Shown here: positions 49,995 to 64,000 of the stretch, piece after piece
How positions within the stretch are numbered: position 1 is the first letter of the stretch
Layout: every line of letters begins with the position of its first letter
Origin: Octopus sinensis
Lineage: Eukaryota
DNA: 64,000 bases
Direction: 5' to 3'
Assembly (NCBI RefSeq): GCF_006345805.1
Contig: NC_043004.1
Location: 104,284,001-104,348,000, forward strand
Notes under the pieces: generated by a model
What the model saw: the letters and a program-made list of their open reading frames with translations, nothing else
What the model was told of the DNA's origin: nothing
The model's database searches: none
Program-made: the position numbers and the translations under genes

Positions 49995-52359
49995 TGACAG
50001 GTTTCTTTCAGTTTCTGTCTAGCAGATCCACTCACAAGGCATTGTTTGGCCCGAGGCTATAGTAGAAGACACTTGCCAAAGGTGCCACACTGTGGGATTG
50101 AACCTGAAACAATGTGGTTGGAAAGCAAGGTTCTTAGCACATAGCCACGCCTGCATCTTCTTCAACATGTTTTTCCATGCTAGTATAGGTTTCGACAGAG
50201 AAGTATTTGATGATGCAAGATTTTATGGTTGGGTGCTCTTTCTGTTTCTAACTTCTACCTGTTTTTCATAAATGGGATTATTTCTTTTATTTCAAAGATC
50301 TTTGAAAACACTGGGCAACCTGTTTTATTGTCTGTTTAAACCAAGAATGTAAACATCATTCATCTTATCATTCAAGCAAAGCCATAGAATATCATCAACA
50401 TTTATGAACATTCACATATACATGCATGGACACACACATACACATGCATGCATGCACATTCACATACACACATACAGCTCAAGTTTCATATTCATTTTGT
50501 AGTCAAGCTTATTCTGTGTGAATATTAAACTCTTGCGCTTCTAACAGAAAGTTTATTCATCATGATAAACAGGTATATTTTCACAGGTGTAAAACAAAAT
50601 GAATTTCTCCTATGAAACTTTGCATGAACAGATTGAAATTGCTTGGAACTAATGATAATAGCTGTAGTTTTGATCTCTCATTTGAACTGTTCTTTATATT
50701 TATATTTATCATTCTGTTTATTACCTGTCCCTTATAAAACTCATGAATCCCCTATAAATTTCTCATAAGTCCCTTACCTAGATAAAGCTTTCCATTTTTT
50801 TGGTAACTTATGGAGTTTACCTGGAATAGAGAGAAAGAGAGAGAGAGAGAGAAAGACAGCATATCTTTGATGAGGTTGGCAAACCTAGCCAATTGGTTGA
50901 TTTGCTGAACAGTCAAACAATCAATTAGTGAATTGGTTAAATGATTAACCAATTGACTAATAAAGAAGTGAAACAGAACCAGTGCTTGTGTTTATTATTG
51001 GCATAATGACCCTCTTAAGATACAACAAAAAATCATTTGTGGAAAATGAGTGGAAGGTGAAGCTCACCAAGCAACCATGTTAGATTTGGTCCCACTTTGT
51101 AGCATCTTGGCTAAAATGTCTCCTTCTGTTGCTTTGAATTGGCTATTGGCCATCCTGAGACAATGGTAAAGGATGCCAAACAAGAACCCTTGTGAGTGGA
51201 ATTTGATAGAAGGAAATTGTGCAGAAGTCCAGGCTATATGTGTATGTGTGCAAGCATGCATGTTTGCATCTGTCATCATATATTGGCAGTATTTATAAAC
51301 ATCACTACAAAACATGTCATAAACAACCCCTTTGTTACTTTCACTATCAGAAAGCAGCAAACAAGTGACCGACCGATTGGAAACTATAAACAGCAACAAT
51401 ATTCTTAACAAATTACAGCATAGAAAAAAAAAACATATAAATGAAACAAATTTTAAAACTTTATTTTATTTATTTTAAAATTTAACAACTCCTTACTCTG
51501 CTGAACTTCAGCCTCATTCTGATATACATGTCTGACCAATCAAATTCCTCTCCTTTTTCCCTTCCTGTCATTTCCTTTTATTTATTTATTCTATTTTCTT
51601 TCCTTTCTGTTTTTCTTTATATTCATTTATTCTTTTATTTATTTTGTGATCATCAACTCTTCATCTGTCTCCTTCATATACCCCCCTCCTTTTTTTCTGT
51701 TTTATTTCTATATTTATCATATAGCATGCAAGAACGGTGCAATCATTAGACTGTCAAAAAGAGATGTCTTGTAACATTTGTTCTGGCGCTTTATGTTTTG
51801 AGTTCAAATACCATTGAGGTCAACTTCATCCTTCTGGAGTCAATAAGATATAAGCACCAGTTAAGTATCAGTGATATCACTCCCACCATCATTATCACCC
51901 ACATTCCAGGTCTTATGCCTATATAAGAAACTTGTGATGCATACAAGTGGAAAGAATTTGGAAGATGGAATTTTGGCAAAAAAAAACAAAAAAACGTGTG
52001 TGTGTGTGTATTTAGGTGTTTGACACAACAATATCAGTTAAAAATAAAAGTATCATGTCAAAGGGTAACTGATATAATAAGGGAATCAAAAACTGATAAA
52101 TCTTTCAGAAGAAATCCAAAATATATTTGATACAATTTGATGAAAATATGAACAGAAATATCAGAGCCTTACTTACTCCAAAGCATTCACAATCTGCTTA
52201 GACATAAAATACATTCTATACAATTCTTGAAAAAGGAAAATGAAAGCATTGTATAGATAGTAAAATGAGAAAGTGACATTATCATCATCATCATCATTAT
52301 TATGATAGTATTAGAAATATCATTGATGGTGGGGACTTGAGAGTGGTGATTTTAATAAC

Positions 52360-52392
<33 letters not shown>

Positions 52393-52482
52393 AACACACA
52401 AATATGCAACATAATATCTGTATATATGTGTGTATATGACTGAAAAAAGTAAAATAATATTTATATATATAAATATATATGT

Positions 52483-52627
52483 AATAATTCTATTTTGGAA
52501 TGTTGGATTTTGAAACCGATAAGCTATAAATAATAACGTGTAAATATTGGGCTGCAAAAATCCTTTCTACTTATTATTATTTATAGTTTATCAGCTTCAA
52601 GATCCAACATTCCGAAATAGAATTATT
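52483..52627. repeat. Inverted repeat with 54-bp arms (52483-52536 / 52574-52627)
   Basis: Arms are reverse complements with a few transitions; shares CATTCCGAAATA with the tail at ~32228. Confidence 0.8.
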
Positions 52628-52683
52628 TCGTATCCTCTTGAAGTTTATAAATTTTTATGACATCAACATTATATATTATATGC

Positions 52684-52733
<50 letters not shown>

Positions 52734-53667
52734 ACACTTAGCGATATATTAATTAATCAATTAATTTTTGCTGAGTATAAAGTGTTGCAAAAATTATATA
52801 TATATATAATAATTAAAAAAAATGAGAAAAATAAGCTAACACACAAAAAAATCCATGCTGAAACTTCCAGAAGCCAGGGTGGGTGGCTATAGCAATTGGA
52901 ATGCAAGAAATGCTGACTAAGGTAAATTAGTAGAACTGGTCAACCAATGGAAAAACTCAGTGAACATCTGAAATTAATAGGCCTAGTGGTGCTCAGGCAA
53001 CCAAATGCTTTTTCACAGTCTATTGATTGGAAGAATATCAAGAACCAAAGTATTTCTTCTGAATCACACGGAAACATAACACTCCTCACCACCACCACCA
53101 ACAGCAACAACCGCTCCAGTCTGCCCCACTCCTCTGGTTAGATAGAAATGTGACAAAAATCAATGTCTATCTCTAATTCATGACGGATAGTCTTGACCTG
53201 TCAACTGCATGGCTAACTTTCTCTCCGTATCACACAATTCATGCCGACCTTGTAGACGTAGACCTTGTTTAAAAGAGGTCAAATATTGTCTGTGAACAAG
53301 AAACTTGAGAGTTTTTTGAAATCTCAAATAATTCAGTGTCATTTTTTAATAATAAATATAACTGGTGTCTTTTCTTTAAGCTTTTACTTGTTTTAATCAG
53401 TGAACTATGGCCATGCTGGAGCTTGGCATTGAAAGGATTTTTAGTTCAACAAACTGACACTAGTACTTATTCTTTAAGTTTGGTACTTATTCTATCAGTC
53501 TTGTATGCTGCACTGCTAAATTATAGGGACATAAACAAACCAACAAGCAGTGAGGTGGGGGGAGACAAACATAGAAACAAGCAAACAAACAAATGCACAC
53601 ATATATGTACATAGTGGGATTCCATAGAGTTTCCATCTGCGAATTCACTCACAAGTCACTGTATATA

Positions 53668-54060
53668 GGCGCAGGAGTGGCTGTGTGGTAAGTAGCTTGC
53701 TAACCAACCACATGGTTCCGGGTTCAATCCCATTGCGTGGCATCTTGGGCAAGTGTCTTCTGCTATAGCCCCAGGCCGACCAATGCCTTGTGAGTGGATT
53801 TGGTAGACGGAAACTGAAAGAAGCCTGTCATATATATGTATGTATGTGTGTGTATGTGTTTGTGTGTCTGTGTTTGTCCCCCTAGCATTGCTTGACAACC
53901 GATGCTGGTGTGTTTACGTCCCCGTCACTTAGCGGTTCGGCAAAAGAGACCGATAGAATAAGTACTGGGCTTACAAAAGAATAAGTCCCGGGGTCGAGTT
54001 GCTCGATTAAAGGTGGTGCTCCAGCATGGCCGCAGTCAAATAACTGAAACAAGTAAAAGA
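53668..54060 (+). mobile_element. Family A SINE, young full-length
   Basis: A box TGGCTGTGTGG, B box GGTTCAATCCC, CORE-like atcttgggcaagt; possible GTATATA target duplication. Confidence 0.92.
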
Positions 54061-54091
54061 GTATATATATATATATATATAGATATAGATA

Positions 54092-55382
54092 TCAGGTCAT
54101 CCCATAAGTTCTGTCCGGATTTTGAATAAAGAAAACAAGTGATCAAATATTATATTTAATTGAAATTTAATCATCAATGTACTTTTCCTGATTATCTATG
54201 ACTTCCTTCCATCTATTTACAAGATTTTTAATCCCATCAATGTAAAACTCTTTTGGTTTCAAAGTGAAAAACTCTGAAATGTCAGTTTTGATCTCCTCCT
54301 GGCCTGCGAAAGTTATGTCCCCCAAATGATTCTGTAAACTACAAAACAAATTGTAGTCTGAAGGAGCAAGGTCAGGAGAATAAGGTGGATTAGGAATTTT
54401 TTCCCCACCAAGCTCTTCGATCTTCTGTGATGTGATCTTTGCAGTGTAGGGTCGCGCATTGTCCTGATGAAACATCACTCCTTTTCGATTCACTAAAGCG
54501 GGTCTTTTTTTTTCTTCAAAGCTTTGTTCAAACGCTCTAATTGCTGACAGTAGACTTGAGCATTGATTGTTGCATTAGGTGGTAATAATTCAAAGTGAAT
54601 TACTCCTTTGCAATCCCACCAGAGCGAGAGAAGAGCCTTTTTTCCATGAAGGTTCCTTCTCGGTTATGGTTGAGCTTTTTCCCTTTTACCAAGCCACTGT
54701 TTACGACGTTTAACATTTTGACAGAAGATCTATTTTTCTTCACCAGTCACAATTCTATCCAAAAAGGGTGAAATAAGTTCGCAAGAATGAAGAGAAGAGC
54801 AAATGTCAACTTGGGATTTACGGTTGCTTTCAGACAATTCATGAGGCACCCATTTTCCAAGTTTAGGATCCTTTCCAAGTTGTTGAAGATGATGATGAAC
54901 AGTTGTATGGTTTGAACTAAGCTTTATTGCCAATTCTTCAACTGATAATGCAGGATTTTCTTCAAGTAATGCCTCAAAGAGCTTATCATCAAACTCAACT
55001 GGACGTCCTGTTCGATCTTCATGTTCAAGGCTGAAATCTCTACTTCTGAATTTTGCAAACCATCTTCTGCAAATTCTTTCATTCAAGCATTTTTCCCCAT
55101 AAACTGAGTGTATGTTTCGAGTCGCTTCAGCTGCAGAGTTTCCTTTTTTTGTATTCATAAAGCATTATGTGCCTTAAATGCTCTTTGGATACTTCCATGT
55201 TAGAAAGGGTTTTAATCAAAGAAATTTTAATTCTATTATTCTGTAAAATAATATTTAATTAGTTTAGGTGTACACAAATGCATAAGAATAATTTTTAATT
55301 CCATTAGACATTTTAAAATACTATTAAATTTCATTCAATTTTTAAAATGTTTAAATCAGACAGAACTTATGGGATGACCTGA
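54092..55382 (-). mobile_element. Full-length mariner DNA transposon (1291 bp)
   Basis: Perfect 24-bp TIRs TCAGGTCATCCCATAAGTTCTGTC; TA on both sides. Confidence 0.95.
54167..55198 (-). pseudogene. mariner D,D34D transposase pseudogene
   Basis: MEVSKEHLRHIMLYEY start, WVPHEL, IVTGEEK* (instead of TGDEKW), HQDNARP, YSPDLAPSDY; homopolymer frameshifts and a TAG at 54730-32. Confidence 0.92.
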
Positions 55383-55439
55383 TATATACATATGTGCGTG
55401 TGTGTTTGTGTGTTGATATCTGTCTATCCATCTGTCTGT

Positions 55440-55678
<239 letters not shown>

Positions 55679-56572
55679 GACACACATATACAACTAGCTT
55701 CTTTCAGTTTTTGTTGACCAAAATACACTCGCAAGACTTTGGTTGGCCCAGGTCTATTGTGGAAAATACTTGGTCATAGTGCCACACTGTGGGACTGAAC
55801 CTGAAACCATATGGTTTGGAAGCAAACTTCTTAACATTACAGCTAGAAGATAAAGCTGGCCACGGTGAGTTTTGAGCCTAGGTTATATACTGCAGGCATC
55901 TTATCTGATGCTCAGACAATTCTTCGAATCCTGTGTTTAGAAAGAACCCCATTGTCCACACTGCAATGAATTGGTCTGAGAGAAAATTCCCAATTCAAAA
56001 GATGAAAGTCAAATGAAACCCTGATAAACATCTTAGGGGGTTCTTAGACACAGGGGATGCCATGATATTGTAAAGAGTAACAAGACCCCTTCATTGTAGA
56101 TTTCTCTGCATGCAACAGGGTGTATAATAAGTCTATAGTAGATCTGACTTTATGGAAACTGGACTGGTGTCCATGGGGAGAGAGAGGGGGGAATGGTGGG
56201 GATGATGGTGCTGCTGCTGATGGTTGTTGTTGTGTACTTCTGCTTCCATCCCTTTTGAGGTGTTTGAAATATTAAGTTGGGAGTTGACAAGATTGAAGAG
56301 GTTGCTCATTTTGAGAATGCATCAGCAGTCTGCCGGATGGAGTGAGTCGTATTGCTATTCAGAGGGAATGACATGAAGGAGTTTGGTGGGAATAGGAAGT
56401 TGCTATGGTGTGCACGTATAGGGGGCAATCGAAGGGGTAGTTCCTGTGGGTTTGGAGTGATGGAAGAAGTTTCTTTGCACTTGGTCCTTTACTGTATGTA
56501 CATTGTAGTGTGTGATTGGAGGGGTGAAGAAGAATTTGGGAAGAGTTATGTTGTGCTTTTGTGTGCATGTGT

Positions 56573-57266
56573 AGTGAAGGCATGCAGCTTAGTAGTTAGG
56601 GGTATACAACTCAGGATTGTAAAGTTAGGCGCAGGAGTGGCTGTGAGGTAAGTAGCTTGTTTACCAAACACATGGTTCCGGGTTCAGTCCCACTGCGTGG
56701 CACCTTGGGCAAGTGTCTTCTACTATAGCCTCGGGCCGACCAAAGCCTTGTGAGTGGATTTGGTAGACGGAAACTGAAAGAAGACCGTCGTATATATGTA
56801 TATATATGTGTATGTATATATGTTTGTGTGTCTATGTTTGTCCCCCCCAACATCGCTTGACAACCGATACTTGTGTGTTTACGTCCCCGTAACTTGGCAG
56901 TTCAGCAAAAGAGACCGATAGAATAAGTACTAGGCTTACACAGAATAAGTCCTGGGGTTGATTTGCTCGACTAAAGGCAGTGCTCCAGCATGGCAGCAGT
57001 CAAATGACTGAAACAAGTAAAAGAGTTCAATTTCTGGCAGTATGTTGTGTCCTTGAACAAGACATTTTATTTCTCGTTGTTCCAGTCACACCTGTAATTC
57101 AAAGGGCCAGCCTTGTCACTCTCTGTGTCATGCCTAATCTTCCTGAGAATTGTGTTATAGGTACGTGTTTATGTGAAGTGCTCAGCCACTTGCATGTTAA
57201 CTTCACAAGTAGATTGTTTGGCTGATTGTATCAACTGGAACACTCGTTGTAATCAACAGAGAGCCA
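56573..57266 (+). mobile_element. Family C SINE split in its tRNA head by a young family A SINE
   Basis: Head at 56573-56627 resumes at ~57026 (tcaatttctggc...ccttgaacaagac) and continues into tail T2. Confidence 0.75.
56628..57025 (+). mobile_element. Family A SINE, young full-length
   Basis: High identity to 53668-54060. Confidence 0.92.
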
Positions 57267-58441
57267 GGCCAAGGAATGTGTGCAGTATGAAGCTGAAAGC
57301 AAAGCAGAGAAAATTTTGTGATTTTTATTAACGGGAGTGGCATTTTCAGGGCATCTTCAGTAGCAGATGAGGGAATTCTGCAAAATTAATATGGACTCGC
57401 TTGGCAAGAGACTAGAAGATTCAACTGCAGTTTTGTAGACAGGAAGCTTGCAGACCATATGTGATGCACGAGGGCATTTTTTGCTGACATTTCAGTGTTA
57501 AGTAAACACTTCTCAGCTGATGATGGTGGGTGACTTCCTCCAGGTGTTGTAGGTAGTACTTTACATCCAGTAGTCATACAGCTATGAATAGACCACTTGA
57601 TGGTTTTAGTATTGTGGATTTTGCTTGTTTGAATAGATGTAGTAGGTATTAGTTACCTGCTTCTTCGTCAGGATTGCTAATGTCTAAAACGTTTCCCTGT
57701 TTGTATTTACTTCTCAAAAATTGATACAAATTAAACATCAACAGCAATGATTTCCTCAGCATAGGAAGTCCTGAAAAGGTTATGGGCATTGTCCTTCTTC
57801 CTAGAACTAATTAATGAAGATGATATCTAGAGAAGTAAATAAGGTCCAACAAAGGCTTAGCTAGCCAAAACTTTGAAGTCACTGTCAACAGCATTCTTGT
57901 TTAAAAATAATAAATTCGTACTCCACAAAAGTATAGAGTAACCCATCAGATTAATGTAAAATGGTTTTTATAATTGAACATGACGGGGGCAAGCTGGGGA
58001 AAATGCTCAACAGTATTTCATCCACCTGTACGTTCTGAGTTCAAATTCCACCAAGGTTGACTTTGTTTTTCATTCTTTCAGGGTCGATGAAATAAGTACC
58101 AATTATGTACTGGGGGTCGATATAATCGAATAGCCCCCTCCCTCAAAATATAATCAAATAGCTCCCTTCTTCAAAACTGAACATAAAAACAAACATTAAT
58201 AGAAATGGATAAGTAGACCTACTACTATCCAAAATGGAACAGCCATAACCATCTGTTTTTATTTATCTATTTTATTTATCTATATTCAGGTGCAAGCATG
58301 AATGTATGGTTAAGAAGCTTGCCTTTGAACCACAAGTTCATTCTCATTGTATGGCACCTTACACGAGTAATCTTTTACAGTAGCCCTGAGCTGATCAAAG
58401 GCTTGTGAGTGTATTCGGAAGGCAGAAACTGAAAAGAGCTC

Positions 58442-58510
<69 letters not shown>

Positions 58511-59963
58511 ATTGGTGTTTCCTTATCTTGACATTCTGTGATTGTTGTAAACGAGTGTCATTGCCATACAAGAGTGTTCTTCATTTTCAATCATCTGTGA
58601 GAAAATATTACTTTACATGGAAACAGATGAGGCTTCGGTGACAGGGTGACAAGAAGGGCTCCATCTGTAAAAAATCTGACTCAACAAATTTTGTCCGACT
58701 TATGCTACCATGGGAAAATGGATGCTAAAATGATGATGATGATGATTCAGACTGGGACTACATTATCTAGTGTGTCCTTCCTCTTTTTAACACTGTAAAG
58801 TATGATGTGAAAGGAATTTGGCAGCCGTTTTTAGCAGGACAAACAACCACTTTAATGTTCTAATCTTGAAGAAAAAGGAAAAAAAAAAAAAAAGGTAGCA
58901 GCTAGTGGACTCTAACTTAACTGAAGCTAAACCTTTTTTTGATCTGATATTTTTATATTATTTGAACTAGATAAACCAGGGCAAATAATAATGTCCTGCC
59001 CCGAAACACAGTAATAGCCAGCAGCAGATTTGATCGCATTAGCCACAAAATACATGTCCATGAGTAGATCCTTGAATACTACAGTCAGGTTTTGATTCTC
59101 AATGCTCTAATAATAGCCATGACAAAGCAGAAGAGATATTGTTGTCTTCCATAAATTAATATACTCCGTTAGGTTGACTCAGTCTCATAATTGTCTTTGA
59201 CTAACAGAGCTTTGATGGATTTTTAACATGAAGCTATCATCATCATCACCATCAACAAAAGCAACATCAGCATCACCACCCATATTCCTCCTCCTTCTCC
59301 TCCTCCCCCTCCCTTTTATTGGGTGTGGTGATGACAAGAAGGCTATCCTTCCATAAAAACGAATTCATCACTCCAATAACCAGTGCATGTAACAGGTAAT
59401 TCATGTGGAAAATTGTGACCTAGAGGAGGGCAATAGCGGGCGGAGGGTGGGGGTGGGGGACTGTTGAAGGATGGACTGGACTAGACTGGAGTGAAGTGGG
59501 GGGTGAATAAAAAATAGCAAGCATCAAAAATGAAAAATAACGAGAATATCAAGATTCAGTATGCAAATAAATTAGCCCGTAGAGGACCACCCTCCCGCAT
59601 GTGTGTCGTCTCCACTACTGTACACTATCTATAATCCCTGGCCGAATTATTAAACTTATCTTAAGAGTGATGAGTTAGAAGTATACTTGTATATTTCTAA
59701 ATTGTTTTCATTAAGGGACTACTTATTAGTTGGAAATAACTGTTTCAATGTTTCCCCCTCATGTTTGCATGGATGTTAGCCTTATTAATTCCGGTATTTG
59801 TATTTGCATTTAAACTATTGAAACAGTGCAGGGGTTTTACAGGTGAACGTCTATTAATTTTCGACAACATGCTTTGCAATTTTATATTAGCCTCAAGCAT
59901 AGGAATATCATTAGATATCACGGCAAAAATAATTTACTGTTCTTTGTAAACTTTTTTGTACTT

Positions 59964-60347
59964 GGAAGCACTCCGTCGGTTACGACGACGAGGGTTCCGG
60001 TTGATCCGATCAACGGAACAGCCTGCTCGTGAAATTAACGTGTAAGTGGCTGAGCACCCCACAGACACGTGTACCCTTAACGTAGTTCTCGGGGATATTC
60101 AGCGTGACACAGAGAGTGACAAGGCCGGCCCTTTGAAATACAGGTACAACAGAAACAGGAAGTAAGAGAGAGAGAGAGAAAGTTGTGGTGAAAGAGTACA
60201 GCAGGGATCACCACCATCCCTGCCGGAGCCTCGTGGAGCTTTAGGTGTTTTCGCTCAATAAACACTCACAACGCCCGGTCTGGGAATCGAAACCGCGATC
60301 CTACGACCGCGAGTCCGCTGCCCTAACCACTGGGCCATTGCGCCTCC
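59964..60347 (-). mobile_element. Young chimeric SINE (family B head/body plus tail T2) with 14-bp TSD
   Basis: ACTTTTTTGTACTT at 59950-59963 and 60348-60361; CpG-rich, intact A/B boxes. Confidence 0.93.
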
Positions 60348-61199
60348 ACTTTTTTGTACTTACAATAGAGATCATTGCTAGTTTCTTTGTATTCTATTTC
60401 ATTAATGTACGGTATGCATTTTGGTATACATTTGTGTGTTAGGGCCTGGGGTTCAATCTCTGCTGAATGCCATCTCAAACAAGCGCTTTCGTCTTAGCCT
60501 CAGGTCAGCTCAAGCTTTGGGAGTGAGACTGTGTAGATAGAAAATTGTGTGAAAAACTGTTGGATTGATTGTACCCGTAATACAAAGGTCCGATAATATC
60601 ACAGATGAAATAAACATCAGAGGAGATGCTTTACCCCACGCAGAAACTGCAAGAGCTACTTAGGGGTATTGCAAGCTCTTCTGAGTCAATGGCAATGTCA
60701 GAAACCATTCCGTAACAGGTATCTCAGGGTCAAATGTGTCAATCCTTAGTCTCTATACTTCGCCTGAGTGCTTCAGCAAAGAATGAATTAGTCGTCGCCT
60801 GCAGAAAAGTTACACTTGTAGTCTCTTATTGACCACAAACACCTTATTATGTACATATATCTATGGAATACTCAACCGCTTACACATTGACATAACGAGT
60901 AAGTTCTGTTGATTGAACCACGGAATATATACTGATGAAACCGGTTGGAGATACATCATTAGTATTTTGAGCATTTCGTAATGGTATTAAGAAAAGGAAA
61001 GCATTTGTTATGCTTTAGCATTGTCAAACATACCACCAAATATATCTTGGGCAATAATATTTATTTTTCGCTTCTTGTAGTTGTTTTACATTTGTCTTTT
61101 TTAAGACGGCATTAGTTGGACAGTTACTTATTTTAGGCAGTATTTTTATGGCATGATGCTCTTCCTGTCTCTAATCCTAATCTGTTTATAAGGGATTTT

Positions 61200-61735
61200 T
61201 GTATGTATGTATGTATGTATGTATGTATGTATGTGTGTATGTGTGTATGTATGTATGTATGTATGTGTATGTGTGTATGTGGTATGTATGTATGTAGGTA
61301 TGTATGTATATATGTATGTGTGTATGTATGTATGTATGTATGTATGTAAGTATGTATGTGTGTATGTATGTATGTGTGTGTGTATGTATGTATGTATGTA
61401 TGTGTGTGTGTATGTATGTATGTATGTATGTGTGTATTTATGTATGTATGTGTGTGTGTATGTATGTATGTACGTATGTATGTATGTATGTATGTATGTA
61501 TGTATGTGTGTGTGTATGTATGTATGTGTGTGTGTATGTATGTATGTGTGTATGTATGTATGTGTGTATGTACGTATGTATGTATGTGTGTGTGTGTATG
61601 TATGTGTGTGTATGTATGTATGTATGTATGTATGTATGTATGTATGTATGTATGTATGTATGTGTGTATGTATGTATGTATGTGTGTGTATGTATGTATG
61701 TGTGTGTGTATGTATGTATGTATGTATGTATGCAT
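61200..61735. repeat. Compound (TATG)n/(TG)n microsatellite
   Basis: Seen directly. Confidence 0.97.
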
Positions 61736-62615
61736 TATGATGCATGTACGTACGTATGTTATGATATTACATATTTTTCTTTGAAAATTAGTTTTCATTG
61801 CAACATTTTGTATAAGCACCAAGAAATTTGATAAACGGTTAAATAATGCTTATTATTGTATGGATACCATATTTTCTGATATTGTAAAAGTATGACAGGC
61901 AAGTTAAAAAATTACTCGTCATATGACAGACAACACTCCGCTAACTAGTAATAATATCTTACATAATTGTTATAGCGTACTTATTTAGATAAATATTATA
62001 AATATTCCACATTAAAATACAAATCCCAAACCGAAGAGAACACAATCGTGGGCGACAAAAAAGAAAAAAGTATGTAAAATTCAAATTTTGTGTTAAAAGC
62101 AGTTCCATAATGCAAACATTTATAATATCACATGCTAAATGTGTGTTGTTGAACTTTGCAAAGCTGTGGTATTTCGTCTAAGGGAGACCTGTGAAAGGCG
62201 TATAGTGTTAAAAAACACAGCACACTTCAAAACTATTGACATTACTGAGCTGCTTCTAACATAAAATTCGAATTTTGTTTTACTTGTGCGACGCTTTTTC
62301 ACGTCAGTGAATAGCTTTTACGCTATCTGTAGACACACTTCTTAGCTTGCTGTTTATATTCGTTTCAGGGGTCAGTGTCGTGAACTCGGTTACTGATACG
62401 CAATAGAAAGCAGATGACCGGCCTTATGAGACTTAGGACTGACGAAAAAATAAATACCATACCATACCGTTACTGTATAACTATATTTTAAGTACCATAC
62501 ATATACTCTAGTAGCCATATTGTATAACCATGCTAAAGTGTTATGTCTATATTACATTAATAACAGTTATGCGCATAGCTGTGCAATGTACTCATACATT
62601 CATGCACACTCAGTG

Positions 62616-62648
<33 letters not shown>

Positions 62649-62801
62649 ATATATATATATATGTGTGTGTGTATATATATGTGTATATATATATGTATAT
62701 ATATGTATATGTATGTATGTATATATATATGTATATGTATGTATGTGTGTATGCAACTATATCTGTGTGCATGTATATATATATATGTGTGTGTGTGTGT
62801 G

Positions 62802-62927
<126 letters not shown>

Positions 62928-63308
62928 CATGCACACAGATATAGTTGCATACACACACAAATATTCATTTGATTTTGAGGATATTTACATGGTTGAACTT
63001 AATAACCTATTGAACAGAAACCTTCGTTCTTGCAATATATGTGCACATACTTGCACGTACATATTTTTGTGCCTTTGTAAGCGTATCTGTACGCATGTAG
63101 GTAGGGTGTGTGTGTGTGTGTGTGCGAACGGGCGTGCGTGCGTGCGCGCACATTCATTTAATTTCTCAATCAATAGCGTTTTAATTTAACTTCTTCCGAA
63201 GTCTCCTTTGGTCTGTTTCATTTTCAAATATCTCCACCGCCATTGCAAAATATTTCTTTATTTAGCATGCATCCGTTTACATCACACACACACACACACA
63301 CACACACG

Positions 63309-63347
<39 letters not shown>

Positions 63348-64000
63348 TATATAACAAATCTTGTTTAATTTGCATGAAGAAGATTAATTTATGAACCATA
63401 TTTAATGTTTTTCTTTTTAATTATAATTAACATTTTTCAACATATTAATGTTTTCTGAATAGTTTTGAGATCAAATTAACATTTTTAGAGCAACAAAGTC
63501 GTTTGTTAGTTACATGAACTAAATGTATGAGAACGATATGTGAACTGCAGATGTCTGAATTAACAACCTGCTGTGATGGGTCAATAGGTCATGTTTTGCT
63601 ACCATCAGAGGAACGGTTGTGTGGTTGAGGAGTTTGCTTTGATTTCAGGTTCAATCCCATCGTGTGCTGGACTAATACATTTTGTGTGAGTTTGTAAGTG
63701 AAAATTGTATGAAGCCTGTCGCGTACACACACGTACGCACGCACATATATACAGGAATCCATCGCTTTACGGAAGTAACGCGTTCCTGAAAATCTGGTTG
63801 TAACGCGAAATTCTGTAATGCGAAATTAGTTTTCCTATTGAATTCCATATCATCAAGTGAGAATGCGTTCCTACGGACATTTTGGAAAAAGAAAAAAAAT
63901 CAAAAGAAAAGGAGAACAAACGAAAAAGCAAAACAAAACAAAGAAGCAACACAATCACTTTTATATATGAAAGCAATTTCTGAATATACATCGTTCAATA

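Noticed and set aside
56100-57900. Possible very old retroelement coding remnants (also ~3760-4070, 7100-7500, 17460-18120, 35640-35860)
   Set aside because: Too degenerate to assign without a translated search

Overview
AT-rich, microsatellite-saturated eukaryotic intergenic or intronic DNA. It is most likely from an octopus or other coleoid cephalopod, inferred from the SINE families and repeat landscape but not verified. I found no host protein-coding exon; almost all short ORFs in the track are translations of (TA)n/(CA)n/(TATG)n/(TAA)n repeats. Real coding content is all transposon-derived: (i) a near full-length, GC-rich CR1-group LINE on the minus strand (~42300-46300; ORF1 plus an uninterrupted APE-RT ORF2); (ii) a 5'-truncated RTE-type LINE (46638-49258) with a PHD-like Zn finger inside the RT C-terminus and an 11-unit ~61-bp tandem array in its 3' UTR; (iii) a full-length but dead mariner (54092-55382); (iv) R4/Dong-type RLE fragments sitting in TAA tracts. 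The window also holds many tRNA-derived SINEs with swapped modules, a non-autonomous Helitron and MITEs. The most striking unexplained structure is a recurring set of fold-back (head-to-head inverted) elements: 2143-2430, 18452-19113, 21030-21355, 31868-32300 and 40630-40763. Their arms carry minimal type I hammerhead-ribozyme-like motifs on both strands, and one contains a 131-nt unit bounded near two predicted cleavage sites (Penelope pLTR / retrozyme-like). A further solo hammerhead-like motif lies at 49825-49859. All alignments and folds were done by eye, and boundaries of old repeats are approximate.
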